A stretch of 64,000 bases of DNA. Origin: Hypanus sabinus. Taxonomy: Eukaryota. The notes under the pieces were generated by a model. It did no database searches, was not told where the DNA came from, and was given only the letters and a program-made list of their open reading frames with translations. Within the stretch, counting starts at the first letter, position 1, and each line of letters begins with the position of its first letter. Shown one piece after another: positions 12,361 through 24,400 of the stretch. The stretch spans positions 23,312,001 through 23,376,000 of the forward strand of contig NC_082731.1 in assembly GCF_030144855.1 (NCBI RefSeq), given 5' to 3'. The translations under genes and the position numbers were made by a program.

Positions 12361-13067
12361 TGTTACGTACCTCGTAACGGGTTATAATGGACAGGCAGAA
12401 ATGGACATACCTGGAGTCCGAGTCTACCGTTCTGAACACTATTTTTTTAGTAACTACGTGATAAAGTAAAACATAACAAAATAAGGCAAACCGGTTATCA
12501 GAATACATGCATATAAGTGAGTAAATACATTTCCCAAGCATCTGCCAGCTCAGGTTATTAGATGATGCAGTGTCACGTCTGGAATGGTAAGAAGTCATTT
12601 CAGTTCTGGAATTTGAACTGAGTAGAGTTGTAGAGAGATAGAGAGGGGGCGGTGGTGGTGGGGAGAGAGAGGGGGAGAGAGAGAGAGAGAGACGGAGAGA
12701 TATGTTTTGTCTTCCGAGTGTTGAACTGTCGAATCTTCCATGTCGTCTTCCTGCTCCCTAAACTTATTAAAGACACCGATTGTGACCAAAAAGCAAGACC
12801 GTCTTCTGTGGTGGAGTTATCAAACCTGGCCATGGTTAATCACACTGATAGCAACCAACCGGTCCCTCCTTTGTCCACAATGCCTGGAAAAAAAAAAAAA
12901 AAACAACAGCTTTGTCGTCTGCACACAAAGCTCAGCCAGTGTCTGGGTCTGGCGTGTTGTGTACGTGATTACAAAGCAAGCTAATCTTGTATATATTCCA
13001 TAAGTGCCGAGCACCAGCTTTCCATCACATAGTGCCGCCTTTCAGTTTTCATGGCAACTCACAGACT
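12361..13067 (-). repeat. 5' LTR of element A
   Basis: Begins tgttacgt immediately beside the PBS, is homologous to 8558-9325, and contains a (GA)n tract at ~12660-12698. Confidence 0.75.
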
Positions 13068-13830
13068 TTCTCTCTCTCTGTCTACTCTCAATTCCAGAGA
13101 CCCAACCAGTGCAACTTTTACCTGGTAGGTAGTCCCCACCTACGGTATCCAACACGGTATACATATTATAGATGGAGAGGGCCACAGATGTGCTCTGCTC
13201 ATTTTATCTATTCCCCTTCTCTCTTCTGTCAGTCACCCATCGACTTGCCTCCTGACTTTTTGAGGAGACTATCACCCTGTTACTGTTGTTTATTTCTGCC
13301 TCTGCCTCACGGACGATCCGAAGTTCGTGCAGCACCAGTTCCCCTTACCTAACTCGGTTTGTCACGCGAAACAGCTTTTGCAGGTGTAGTTATCAGGTAC
13401 AATTGCGCTCGCACCGACTTCCCTCATACTGCAGACGGAGTACTCGACTGCCCTATCTGCTGCCTCCAGTAGCTACTCCTATGTTGATTACATTAATTAA
13501 AAGATTTTACCCGGCCTTACGTCATTGGGAGCAAGCTAGTCCTCAACCTCTGCTTGCCGAAACGTCTCGAGCCAAAGGCTTGTTCCTCTGACTCCCAGTA
13601 CACCGTCGCCTTCTGCATTAATCTGCTTGGTTTTTAAACTCTCCCGCTGTATTCCAGGCCGACTTTCACGGGCTTCGGCAGTTGTGCCCCGTTCGAACTG
13701 CTGAAGAAATGACCGCCCCTTCTCAATCTGCTCGCTTTCAAAAATCTCTCGCTGTATCACGTGCCGACATCCACGCGCCCGCGCAGTCTTGCTCCGTGCA
13801 ATCAGCCGAAGAAATAACACTTTATTGAAA
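13068..13830 (-). mobile_element. CR1 LINE 5' portion (5' UTR and ORF1 N-terminal zinc-finger region); right half of the split CR1
   Basis: Minus translation CSMREVGASAIVPDNYTCKSC. 13095-13170 matches 34825-34910. The GC-rich 5' UTR has two ~105-bp-period units at 13631 and 13736. Confidence 0.7.
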
Positions 13831-14981
13831 AACCTCTCAGTGGGATTTCTATCTACTTAAAGCGGAAGTTTCCTAAATACATTTGTCACACTCTGCCCGA
13901 GCTAATCCAAATAGCATATGGAATATGGGAGTTCTGTCAAACTGTAGAAACGTCAAATAAACTACCATAGTCACTGTATTTTTCTTGTATCAGTTGTTGA
14001 GCCATTTGCAAATTTCCTCTCAATCCAGCACACTGTTGGGTGTTCTATGATACAGCCAAATTAATGTGGCCATAACGATTTTACTCGTCAGTTTTCTTCA
14101 CACCGACAAAAAAATACAGCAAAAGCCAGCTCTGCATTTTGATTTGAATGAGCACTCTAGTGGCATTTTCTATAACTTGTAGCGGAACAGCTCCCCACGT
14201 AAACACTCCTGCTCTTTTGCATCTGAATAATGGAAGTCCAGGACATTGAACCACCTCCCCGGCAGCAAAGATTCACTTATGGCGACAATACTATCTTTCC
14301 ATTCTTCGTGCGATTCCTTGGGCTCATCTATTTTTCTTATAATACATCATTCATTGAGATATATGCATCTCGGAGCTCTGAACGTAATATACACAAACTT
14401 TTGATTCCTGTTTTATTCCATGACGACTTAACTGCATTGTCCCAACAACATTTTCATTGCCTCCTTAGGCACTCGGGTTCCCATGCCACTGAAAGTCTAG
14501 TTTAACCACCAGCCCACCGCACCTACCCTGAACACTATCGAACTTTGCTACTCGGAAATTAGGACTGCTGCAGTTAGGGTAACTATAAATCCTACTGTGC
14601 AGATACCACGTTCCCTGAAAAAGATTAGGAATATGACGTCCTCTCTGCTACACGACATCCACAGTCACGAGGTAAACTGGACCATATTACTATATATTAA
14701 CCTTGGCAAAAGAAAACGAGTTTGAAACCTGCCGAGAATGTCGATTAACTGAGCACTTAACTCTCTGAACTAACTTTGCAAATCTTTGGAGTCCTTTTCT
14801 ATGCAATTGATACCAAATAAGTTATGCCCTCTGTTTGCTCATGCTGCCATTAAATATTTCGAAGATCATATTCAGGATGTCCCGCACACTGGAACAATGG
14901 AGGCAGCATGCTATCATGGAAACCAGTTCGCATCCACATAGCCTCTTTTTCTGTCTCCTAACTAAAAAATGCACTGCTTAC

Positions 14982-15328
14982 TTTTGTTCTGCGTTCTGTT
15001 CTGGTTCGTAGAGTCACACTCACGCCAGAGACTTGACAGTTGTAATAATACACTGCGGGTTCAGTACACTACCCCAAAAATATCCAAAGAAATATGCCAG
15101 TTGTTGACGCGATATCAGCAGGGGTGCACAACACTGGCTGTTTAATTAAGTTCCCCTAACTGACTGTCACCATGTCACTTGTTTGCGGAAAATTGAATGT
15201 GACCGCTGTATATAAAAAAAAGAGACAGCAAATATACAGGGAAAGTCGTCCACAACATATGGAAGTTACTTACCTCTCCATGCCGAACGCTCGAACTCTG
15301 CCCATCAGCGGAAAGCGCACTCCAGCAT
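14982..15328 (-). pseudogene. Candidate degenerate IgSF pseudogene: leader exon (15328-15274) plus internally shortened V-J-like exon (15205-14982)
   Basis: ATG, 18 codons + 1 nt, then a GTAAGT donor; 68-nt intron ending in a T-tract and TACAG. The exon reads VTFNFPQTSDMVTVS*G...VCC...GIFLW...PAVYYYNC...VTLRTRTERRTK and ends at a GTAAG donor. Three in-frame stops in total. Confidence 0.4.
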
Positions 15329-15599
15329 TGGTCGCTGTTCTAGCCTTTTCCTATTTTTTTCTTGTCCTTGCCATTCAGTCCTTCTCGTTGAATGCCACTG
15401 CATTTAATTAAAACAAATGGTTCAGCAATTCTTTGGATGGTTACATGTAGGGTAATCAACGCATTCTGTTGGATTGAGCTAAAACTGGATCATTCCGAAG
15501 CAAAGAATACGCACCAGAAACAAGTTTAATATAGCTGGCATATATCAAGAAATATGTTGTTTTGCGTCATATATATCTACCACATACTTCATGACAGAA

Positions 15600-15970
15600 A
15601 TGTGAAATTTACGTGGTCTGCCTGAGGGTGCCCTTTTTGACGGACGTCGTCTTATTGGGAATTGTTTTTTTTTAAGATGTCCTGGATGTTGTAAGGATGC
15701 TGCCCATGATGTAGCTGACTGCATTTACAAACGTCTGCACATTTTTCCCGATGCTTTGCAGTGTCGGCTCCATATCAGACAGCGATACAACCAGTTACAA
15801 TGCTCCGCACGGTAAAGCTCTTGAAATTTGCGAGCATCTTCGCTGTCAAAGCAAGGGAGCTCAAAGCCTTAATGAAATAAAACCACTGTCGGGCATTCTT
15901 TATAATTGTATTAACATGTGTTGCGACAGTGTTGATTATAAATGAGAAAACGTCATTATTTCCCACCGAC
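15600..15970 (-). mobile_element. Rex1/Babar-type LINE RT C-terminal fragment
   Basis: Minus ORF TIIKNARQWFYFIKAL...LANFKSFTVRSIVTGCIAV resembles the KARQRLYFLR...NFY..TIESILTGCITVW block of this group. Confidence 0.6.
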
Positions 15971-17399
15971 CCGGCCTGCCGTTTTCTGTTGATGTAGCCT
16001 GCACAGGGAGTTAAAGGCGCTCATATTAGAGTATTTCGATTGGACCAGTGATTTTGAACTGAGTATAATATGGCCCAACGCGTTGTGTTGTACTGAATAA
16101 ACTAAATTTTGACATAGGTATTACTATTATCAAAGCGATTAAACGCCCAGTTCGGTGGCAGTGAAATTGCACCCACTCTGTATCTATTCTATTCATAGCA
16201 TATTTGCAGAGTTCCAGTCCTTGCGTTGCCAGGATTTGTTTCTAGACATACAAATCCATTCTAAGCACGTCATCACAGAGGAGGTGACTTAAATTAAGAG
16301 AGTTGTTGAAACAGCTCATCGTGCGTTTCTTTGGAACTAGCATGATTGTCAACCATCAATTGCAGCAGTGAAGGATTGAAAATAAATTTGCAAACTTACG
16401 TCTGTTGTTTGCCACCGGTACACAGTATCCCCAAAAATACATTTCTGTGCCTGAGCACTTACAAATGTTCAACTTCTTTGAAGATATACTGACAGCTGTC
16501 AACGAAACAGCTATTACAGGGCAAGGAGTTGACAATAGTATTCGTACAGACGCAGTTTTAATTCAACCTTTCATAGCGTGTTTAAAAGGCACTGAGCTGA
16601 TTTTTAGTGAAAGTGATCTTGATGATGTTGGTTAGCGCTATGCAGGAATTTATGACATGCAAACTCTGTCTGAGCTGATGTGAGTCAGATATCGCCATTT
16701 GCGTTACCAAGCATTGATTTTATTTTTCGCTCTAAATAACCCTCAGTAGATCACAGCAGGACTTTTGGTATAGTCTGTATTACTGGCTTTGACTTCCAAA
16801 TTCATAGCCCTCAGCTGATTGCAAATCTCTTGATTCATCCATGGCTTTATGTTTGTGTTGGTTCTGGTACGTTCGGGAAGCCACACAGCCATCTACACAT
16901 GCTATGATGCACTCAATTACATCTATGGCGAATTCGTGCAGATTGGAAGGTTACTCTCCGAAAAAAGTTCAATACATCGAGTCACAGCAGTCAAATATAT
17001 GCTGGTCCACCTCAAATAGCAAATACTTTTTAACATCCTCTGAACATCCATTGTTATCACTCTGTACGCCGGGTCATCTCAGCCTTTGCACAAGTGGTTT
17101 TGGATATGTTTTTTTTTTATGGTGACATAACTATGTGTTCCTCTAATTCCATGGGTGATATATTGCTGGTAATTCTTCACGGCCTTCTTCAAGATGGACT
17201 GTTTCACATACCACGCAATTGTAGGGCTGGAAGCGGGGTGTTGTGATTTTTGACTGCTGAATGCAGTGCTCAGAACCTACTGTACAGTCTGTAGTTCGAT
17301 TAACGTGGAAGGTACTGTGCTAAAAGACTGCTTGTGGAATGCTAGCTTGGTAGATAAAGTGAACGAAATTAGACTCCCAGAAATTGTAAATTCGGAGCA

Positions 17400-17650
17400 G
17401 GATCGAGACAGAGCCCTGTCACGTCAAGTGAATGCTGAAACATATTTTGCGTCCTTTATCTTTAAATTCATTGTTATCCTGCCTTTGCGAACACTGATAA
17501 ATCTGTCAATATGCAGCGCTTTCGTTCAGGTAGCGTCCAGAGCCATGTTTCCGTGATGTAAATCAAACAGCAGTACCGTTTATCTCCTTGGTACTGCAAT
17601 CCTGGTCAGACATCTTCAATTTGAAGTTCCATGAATTGTAAAATCGCCAG
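17400..17650 (-). mobile_element. LINE (Rex/L2 group) endonuclease relic
   Basis: Minus-strand tgctgtttgatttacatcacggaaacatggct encodes a CCxxxITETWL-like APE motif. Confidence 0.45.
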
Positions 17651-18719
17651 AAGGATACTGGAGAGTGGGTGTACAAGGCTTCTGTGTTGTACTAGATCTA
17701 TGACGGATACACGTTAGATACATTACGTCCATATAATCATCTAGTCCTTTCTTATCGACGTATGTACCAAAATAAGTTTTATCTGCTCTTATTGTTCAGA
17801 CATCAATTAATAATTTTACTTTTATTTTTCCTTTTGCCCTATCATAATCAACCAACGACGCTTCGTTACGTGTAAGCACCATATTTATACCGAACATAAC
17901 GAGCATACTTGGTCTACATATGTCCCCATAAATGAATAATATGCAGTATTACCAACCCTTATAATTAAACACTCGTTCGTTGACAACAGAGGGTAAAGGC
18001 TTTGTTTTCCACCGGTGACAGTTAAACGACTTTTCCTATTCAATATTCTCCTCTTCTATGATTTTGTTAGAATGATTTCAGTGGCAGCGTCGGGACTTTT
18101 TCACCACGCACATATCCGTTAAAGGAACCTTTTTCGATTACGAAAGATTACCAGAAAGCTAATTGTAACTGATGAAATAAAGATAAACATCGATCAATTA
18201 TACTTAAATTTATATACAAATATGAATCCGATGCTCACGATTAGGAACCACAATACATGTTAAACAGTTGAAAATGTTTGGCAGGAAGTATTTTTTTTAT
18301 CAAATCAACTGTGTTTTTGCGGTTTTCCCTTCCTTCCTGCCAGCTAAGTAGGTCACAAAAACTCCTGTTCTGGAGAATGTGGAGTAAACGTATGATAACA
18401 AAAACACTTTACAAACACGAAGAAAATATGAAAGTGAATTCATATTAAAGGAAAACTAAGTTAAATGATGCTTGCTTCTGCCTTGTTGGCGAACCAGGAG
18501 GGCAAATTGTAATCAACAGCGCACAGCTGTACCTTTAATGTTAGTGAAAAGGAGATTTATTTACTGCTAATTAACCATTTAACTGAAAGACATGACTAAA
18601 AGGGGTTAATAACTGCAGTTTTCAACGATTCTGTATTTCCTAATTACGTCAAGTTCCTTGCGTCACTCTATACTCTTTTAACTTGGAACGTCTGATGCAG
18701 AATTCAGTAAAGATTAATT

Positions 18720-19150
18720 TGAAGTTTGAGAGTAGGCTGAGGAGGATAAATGCAATCTGAGCAGACATGTCAAAGGGACTAGAATATAAGAGCAGCGAAG
18801 TCAACTTGAAACATTATAAAGCACCTATGACGTATCGCTGAGTATTGTGAACAGGTTTACGCCCCTTATCTTAGATAAGGTATCCTAAATCTGTAGAGGA
18901 TTCAAATAATATCAAGACATTGATCATAAAATTGAATGGATTTTCATATGAGGAGCGTTTGATGTCTCTGGACCAGTATTCACTTGAAATCCCTGTGAGC
19001 TAATTGATACCTTTCGAATGGAAAAAGGCCTAGATAGGGTGGATATGGAGAGGATGCTTCTAAAGTAGGAGAGTACGAGACGGAAGGACAAAACTTCAGA
19101 ATATAGGGAATTCCCTTTAAAGCAGAGCTGAGGAGCAATATCTTAAGCAT
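18720..19150 (+). mobile_element. CR1 LINE 3' fragment, degenerate
   Basis: agaatataagagcagc...gagtattgtgaacaggttt...tatgaggagcgtttg...gatagggtggatatggagagg matches the RT 3' end of other copies. Confidence 0.6.
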
Positions 19151-20228
19151 TAGAACGCTGTATTTCTGCACATCTTTGCATTAAGCATATGAGGAAATTA
19201 TGTAAGTGTGTATCTTTATTTAAATGCATGTTGATATTAAGAGAGACAGGAAAAAGTATAACGAAGAAATTGGATCTAATATTTTTTAAATTGTGGACCA
19301 GATGTTCCGCAATCTGATTAATCACAAAGAGTGTGGAACAGATAATATGCGACCACAACAACAGTGCAGCGGAGAGCATTTGAAAATCTTGCGTCATTGG
19401 GAACTTCTCAGCGAAAATTATTACGTTTTAATGGTGCGCTCTGCATTACCAACGTTGATAGATATTGAAGATCGCTGAGGGACTGCTTGCATTTGCTAGC
19501 GGCTGTGGTGGTGTAGAAGGGGGGTAGGTAATACAAACCATGGGGAAACTAATGAGAAAGTAGAAGTTAATACAAAATGAAATACATTGATTTCGTAGTG
19601 TAAGAAGGGCTTGCGGAATGACAAGGAACAAAGAAGGACTGTATAACTAAATTGCCAATATTTCAATTAAAGACATCTAATAGGTCCACTTGGTAAGCGT
19701 ATGGCACAGGCATATCTTCAACCTTGTATGTGTGGCGGGGTTCACTGTTTGTAGTTACGTTTTCTGGCTCAGTGCTTTTCTCCGCGAATGGGAAGAGAAA
19801 AAAAAAGGAGACATAGTCCGTGACCCAGTAGGTTTGGTCTGTACCATGTGAAGGCAATAATGCTCATAGTGATTTTGGGCAATGTATACATCTCTAGAGT
19901 TAGAGAAAATGAGACAGCATTGCACCACGGGAAGTTTTATATTTGTTATCATGCATTTTATAACACTACACTAAAATTAGTATTTCTCAAAAGCGGCAAA
20001 ACTTAACTACAACATATATATTCAAATTAGTGATATTTTTTCATTAGTATTCGCTCAGCATTGAAAATAATCACAATGATAACTGAGTTCAAGCACTTTT
20101 CATAAAATGTCTTTATAAATTTTGCATTGAAAACAATGTTTTAGGTGGCACTCGCAATATAGAGCCCAATTTCAGTAGAGAGAATCATTTTATTTTTATA
20201 AAGATGATTGTCTGCCTGTTGTTTACTG

Positions 20229-20231
<3 letters not shown>

Positions 20232-20281
<50 letters not shown>
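20232..20281. repeat. (TG)n microsatellite, about 25 units
   Basis: Pure TG run. Confidence 0.98.
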
Positions 20282-20283
<2 letters not shown>

Positions 20284-21039
20284 CGCATGTATGTACACAC
20301 AGCGAAAATTTTAGCCCAGCACCAACAGGTAGAAAAAATCATTTAGGTAAATTTTTGGAGTTTTATCAACATCATGATATTTTCCACATTATTGTATCAA
20401 ATAAAAACAATTTTAAGTTTTCGTCATAGGGTGTAGAATTGCAGTACAGTAATTCAAATGTGGGATACCTAGCCATCATAACCTGGGCCGCATTTGGTTG
20501 TGAAATGAATGTGTTTAATCAAACACTGTTTTCCACATTTTGTTTTCGATACTTTTTTAACCTATTAATAATCATATTAATTTTCCAAGTTTTTCACGTC
20601 TCTCACATCATCATTTGAACTTTTCCCACTCTCTGAGGTGGATGCCCGGTTCTCAAAATTTGCCAGTCTACACATTTCAGAACACCTGAGGCCATATGCA
20701 AAAGTGTGCAATCATACTGAGAGTGAACATATTTGGACAGTTACAGACCAGTAGATCGAAGACGGCATCTGGTGCTGGCTAGGCTTCCATCCAGTTCAAC
20801 ACCAACTTCTCAGCTTCCACTTCTCTCTGCATCTTTCATCCTTTGCCAACAGGGCTTGGCACTTGTGTTTCCTACGCCAAACATCTTCTCAATATACCAG
20901 CCTGGTAGTTGGTTCGCTGTGCATGATTTATTAAGCTGTGCATGCATGGTAGGTGCGAATGCAATTCGATTTCACCGTTTTTGGCACAGAAAATATGAAA
21001 CCCGAGCTCATTGACCCTGGAGTTCGATATTTGGTAGTA

Positions 21040-22500
21040 TTCAGGAGGCATGTAAATGCCTCCAGTTTATCCACAGATTCTGGGCAGAGGTCCCATTCCT
21101 GACACAATTCGAAGAATGTGTCCTGTGTTTCCCTGTTGACGGATCAGAAGTTTTAGGGCACTTGTCTTTCCTTTTGCTTGCAAAAACGTTGTCAGTGTTA
21201 TATCCTGCATATATGTGCAAACCGATGACAGCCTTACAAACATCTGTGGCAAGAGTGGCAGAAAGCTTCCTGATGTGTACAGGCATTGTACGGGTTCTAG
21301 TACCACACTTCTAGAGCAAAGGGGCCTATATCTTGTCAAGAAATGTTAAAGACATGATAAAAACGTATGTCTTCTGTGCAGATCACGACAGATTGGTATT
21401 CCTCTCTTGTTGCACAGTCAGCATGGAGAGGGTGGCGGCCATCTGCTTCTTTTTGTTGACACTGAGAAGCCGACACCTCCTCATTGTCTTGAGATGCGAT
21501 TCTGTAACATTTATTATTCACAGATGCGTACAGAATCTTCTCCTGTAACTTTGCTCTGTTCTCCGCCTTCCATTCATGGATTATGAAGACAATGAGTCTA
21601 CTTATGTTACTGTCTTTGTGGAACCATCTCTGAATGTAACTTAATTACATTTCACTGTTTTGGCAAAGTTCATTCCTTCAGCCAGCGTAACAGAGTTCGC
21701 TGGGAGTTGCTCTGCTGCTGATACATTTTTTTTTCTCTGTAGAGTTGATTTTAAAATAGCTTTATTTGTCTTCCTCGGCGATTCTTATGGTGTGGACAGA
21801 GCCCAGGGCAATGGTTCAATTGGTTGAGAAAGAATATCCTCCATTATTAGACTGCGTCACTAGTCCATTATTATGAAGACCTCACTTTCTTCCAGATGAA
21901 TGCCGTCCCATTTGATTTAACTTCTCTCTTCTTACACACAATACTGGATATTTTCTGCTAGTTGGTTTTCATTGGGTCAGGGAATCATTTGCTGGTAGGT
22001 CCTCCTCTAGTACTCCTCCTTCAAGCTTGCATAGCACTGCTCACCAATCTAATATGCCTTCATCAGGTCGGAGGCAATGTCCTTTGTGGCTGCATTGTGT
22101 CGTACAGATACTAATCAGGTCCCGTTTCTCTGCAAATGAGTTGACTTATTCATGTATGAACCACTGCTGAAAGTGTTTCTTTACATATCTGGATTCTTGT
22201 TCGCTGTAGCTCCGCATTACAGAGCTCTGATTTGTTGCCTTGTACCATCTCCCTTACCTGTCCCAGAAATACACTGCAGCTGTTATGTAGTAATGTTTAA
22301 TACCTGCAGCATTCAGGCTGAATTTTGATGTGCCTGCAGCATTCTGTGTATATTTGTTCACTGTGGCTTCAATTGCGTGGTCCACAACTAAAGGGGTTAT
22401 TAATTGACAGCTGCACTGAGATTTGACCTGTCCTGATGACATCATACACAGAAGGATTTCCTAATTTTCTGTATTAGGAAAAGTCTGCATTGCTTTGTCA
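21040..22500 (-). mobile_element. Academ-type (XPG-domain) DNA transposon relic
   Basis: Minus ORF pieces: VDHAIEATVNKYTQNAAGTSKFSL (22445-22254), SQCQQKEADGRHPLHA...VVICTED (21521-21336, EEAD-type motif) and VCKAVIGLHIYAGYNTDNVFASKRK (21286-21041, decayed LHAFTGCDTVSAFAGKGK helix-turn-helix motif). Confidence 0.65.
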
Positions 22501-22514
22501 AGAGCAGGTCCTGC

Positions 22515-23735
22515 CTCAGGAGCCTGATTGAGTTTTTTCGAAGATGGGACTAAACATATTGATAAAGGAGGTACAGCAGAAGTGGTGTATATGGAATTCA
22601 GGAAGGCATTTGATAAGATACCCCATGCCAGGCATTTTGAGAAAGTAAGGAGGCATGGAATCTAAGTGGATATTAATTTGTAGATCCAGAACTGGCTTGC
22701 CCAGACACAGAGTTGTTGGAGCCGGTTCATGTTCTCCATGTAGGTTGGTCACCAGTGGCTTGCCTCAGGGACCTGAGTTCCGTACCCTTACTAGTAAATG
22801 ACCTGGATGAGGAAGTGGAGGGATAGGTCAGGAATTTTGCTGATGCCACAAAGGTCGAATGTGTTGTAGATAGTGTAGAGGGCTGTCAGAGTTTACAGCG
22901 GGACATTGATAGGATGAAAAACTGGACTTCGCAGCGGCTGACGGAGTACAACTCCGTTAAGAGTGAAGTATTTCAATTCGCTATGGCAAGTATGACGGCG
23001 GAATTTAATAGTAATTGTAAGACTGTGTAGAGAATTGCAGTGTAATGGCAGTGTAGAGAATCAGAGGGATCTCAGGGTACGAAGCCATAGCACGCTCAAA
23101 GAGCTGTGCAGGGTGACGTTGTGGTTATGAAGCCATACGCTGCATTCGCCTTTATCAATCGTGGCATTGAATTCAGGAGGCGACCCTGGTTAGACCCTAC
23201 TTGGTATCCTGCTCAGTTTTGGTCCCCTCACTGCAAGAAGTATGTGGAAGACATAGAAAGCGTGCAGTTGATATTTATAATGACGTTCACCGGATTGGAG
23301 CGCAGGCCTTAAGATAATAGGTTGAGTGAACTCGCGCTTTTCTCCATGGAACGATGGAGGATAAGAGGTGACCTGTTAGAGGTGCATAAGATGATGAGAG
23401 GCTTTGATCGTGTGGATAGTCGGAGGCTTTTTCCCGGGGCTGAACTGATTACCATAAGAGGACACAGGTTTAAGGTTCGGGGTGGGGGGGGTGTAGGTAT
23501 AGAGATGATAGGAGATTTTTTTTCTTTTTTACTCAGAGTGTGGTGAGTGCTTGGAATGGGCCGCTGGCAACGGTGGTACAGGCAGATAAGATAGGGGCTT
23601 TTAGGATACGTTAGGATTGGTACATTGAGCTCAGAAAAATAGAGAGCTATAGGTAAGCCTAGTAATTTCTAAGGTCGGGGTATGTTCGGAACAAGTTTGT
23701 TTTTCCGAATAGCCTGTATTGTGCTGTATGTTTTC
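22515..23735 (+). mobile_element. CR1 LINE, RT region to 3' tail, decayed
   Basis: Encodes YMEFRKAFDKIPH, FADATKV and CAQFWSPH-like motifs, and ends in short ttctatg tail repeats near 23710-23730. Confidence 0.85.
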
Positions 23736-24049
23736 TATGTTTCTATGATTCTAAGGGTTCTTCAATGGGAGGTTCATCATCAGAGCAACATAAGTTGTCA
23801 GGTACCTGGCATAATTCATCTTACAATAGGCAAAACACCATGGGATCATGATTCTAATAGCATGGACGTGTAATTCCCTGTCCTATTCACGAGAGGCGCG
23901 CAGAAGCACAAGAACTACTTTCTCTACTATATCAATTTATAATATACAGAATGCGGATATCTCTCCATTGTTGTGACGGAGGTGTTCAAGAATGCCTGTC
24001 ACAGGGTTATCAACTCAGCTAAGAGTGGTCTTGGCAGCAGATTGTATAT

Positions 24050-24400
24050 CTCCTTTCGGTTCCTCTCTGGAACTTTGTACTCATCCTGTGGTGTGGAAGC
24101 TACTACTGCTGCAATGCATTCACATGTGTTCGAGCACTAAGGATGAATGCCTTGACAAAAATGCCTATAAAAACTATACCCTCTCCCCGAAATGGTGCAG
24201 CTGGTCAAAATCTCTGACTCACGAACTAAAGGAGGATTTGCACTTCTGCTGAAGAAAAAGAGAACGGCAGTTGTGAGCATTGTATATATACCGCTCAAAA
24301 AATCACACAGTCTTTGCGAAGAATTTGACAAGTTTGTAAGGGATGACAATTCTCATATATCTAAAACAAATTGGAACAACATATCTAAGTCAATAATTGA
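24050..24400 (+). mobile_element. LINE endonuclease relic (Rex/L2 group)
   Basis: ORF 24192-24491 contains AVVSIVYIP, similar to the VYIPP motif of APE domains. Confidence 0.4.

Larger units (their letters stand above)
8558..13067 (-). mobile_element. Gmr1-like Gypsy LTR retrotransposon (element A), internally deleted and decayed
   Basis: Two homologous LTRs begin tgttac at 8558 and 12361. A tRNA-Pro-type PBS lies at 12339-12356 (15/18 match to TGGGGGCTCGTCCGGGAT). Order on minus: gag (12219-11935), integrase (EIQSDQGINF, 11547-10940), then RT (YPIPRSDNCIDRV...DLLTRYW, 10421-10110). Confidence 0.85.

Noticed and set aside
14527-14614. 88-nt exon-like segment with a hydrophobic frame (GICTVGFIVTLTAAVLIS), a possible TM exon of the 15-kb candidate
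   Set aside because: The splice phase does not fit, that frame has a stop, and the donor lies at the edge of what looks like a CR1 ORF1/ORF2 junction fragment (~14460-14530).
16000-16650. Two GTAAGT donors, a short ATG exon (MYFWGYCVPVANNR) and scattered YYC/Cys/Trp words on the minus strand
   Set aside because: The peptide is not signal-like and no frame gives correctly spaced Ig motifs.
19663-19779. Possible terminal exon with tyrosine motifs (KSTEPENV...PYAYQVDLLDVFN*)
   Set aside because: The acceptor is GAG rather than YAG, no partner exons were found, and the sequence matches no family I recognise.
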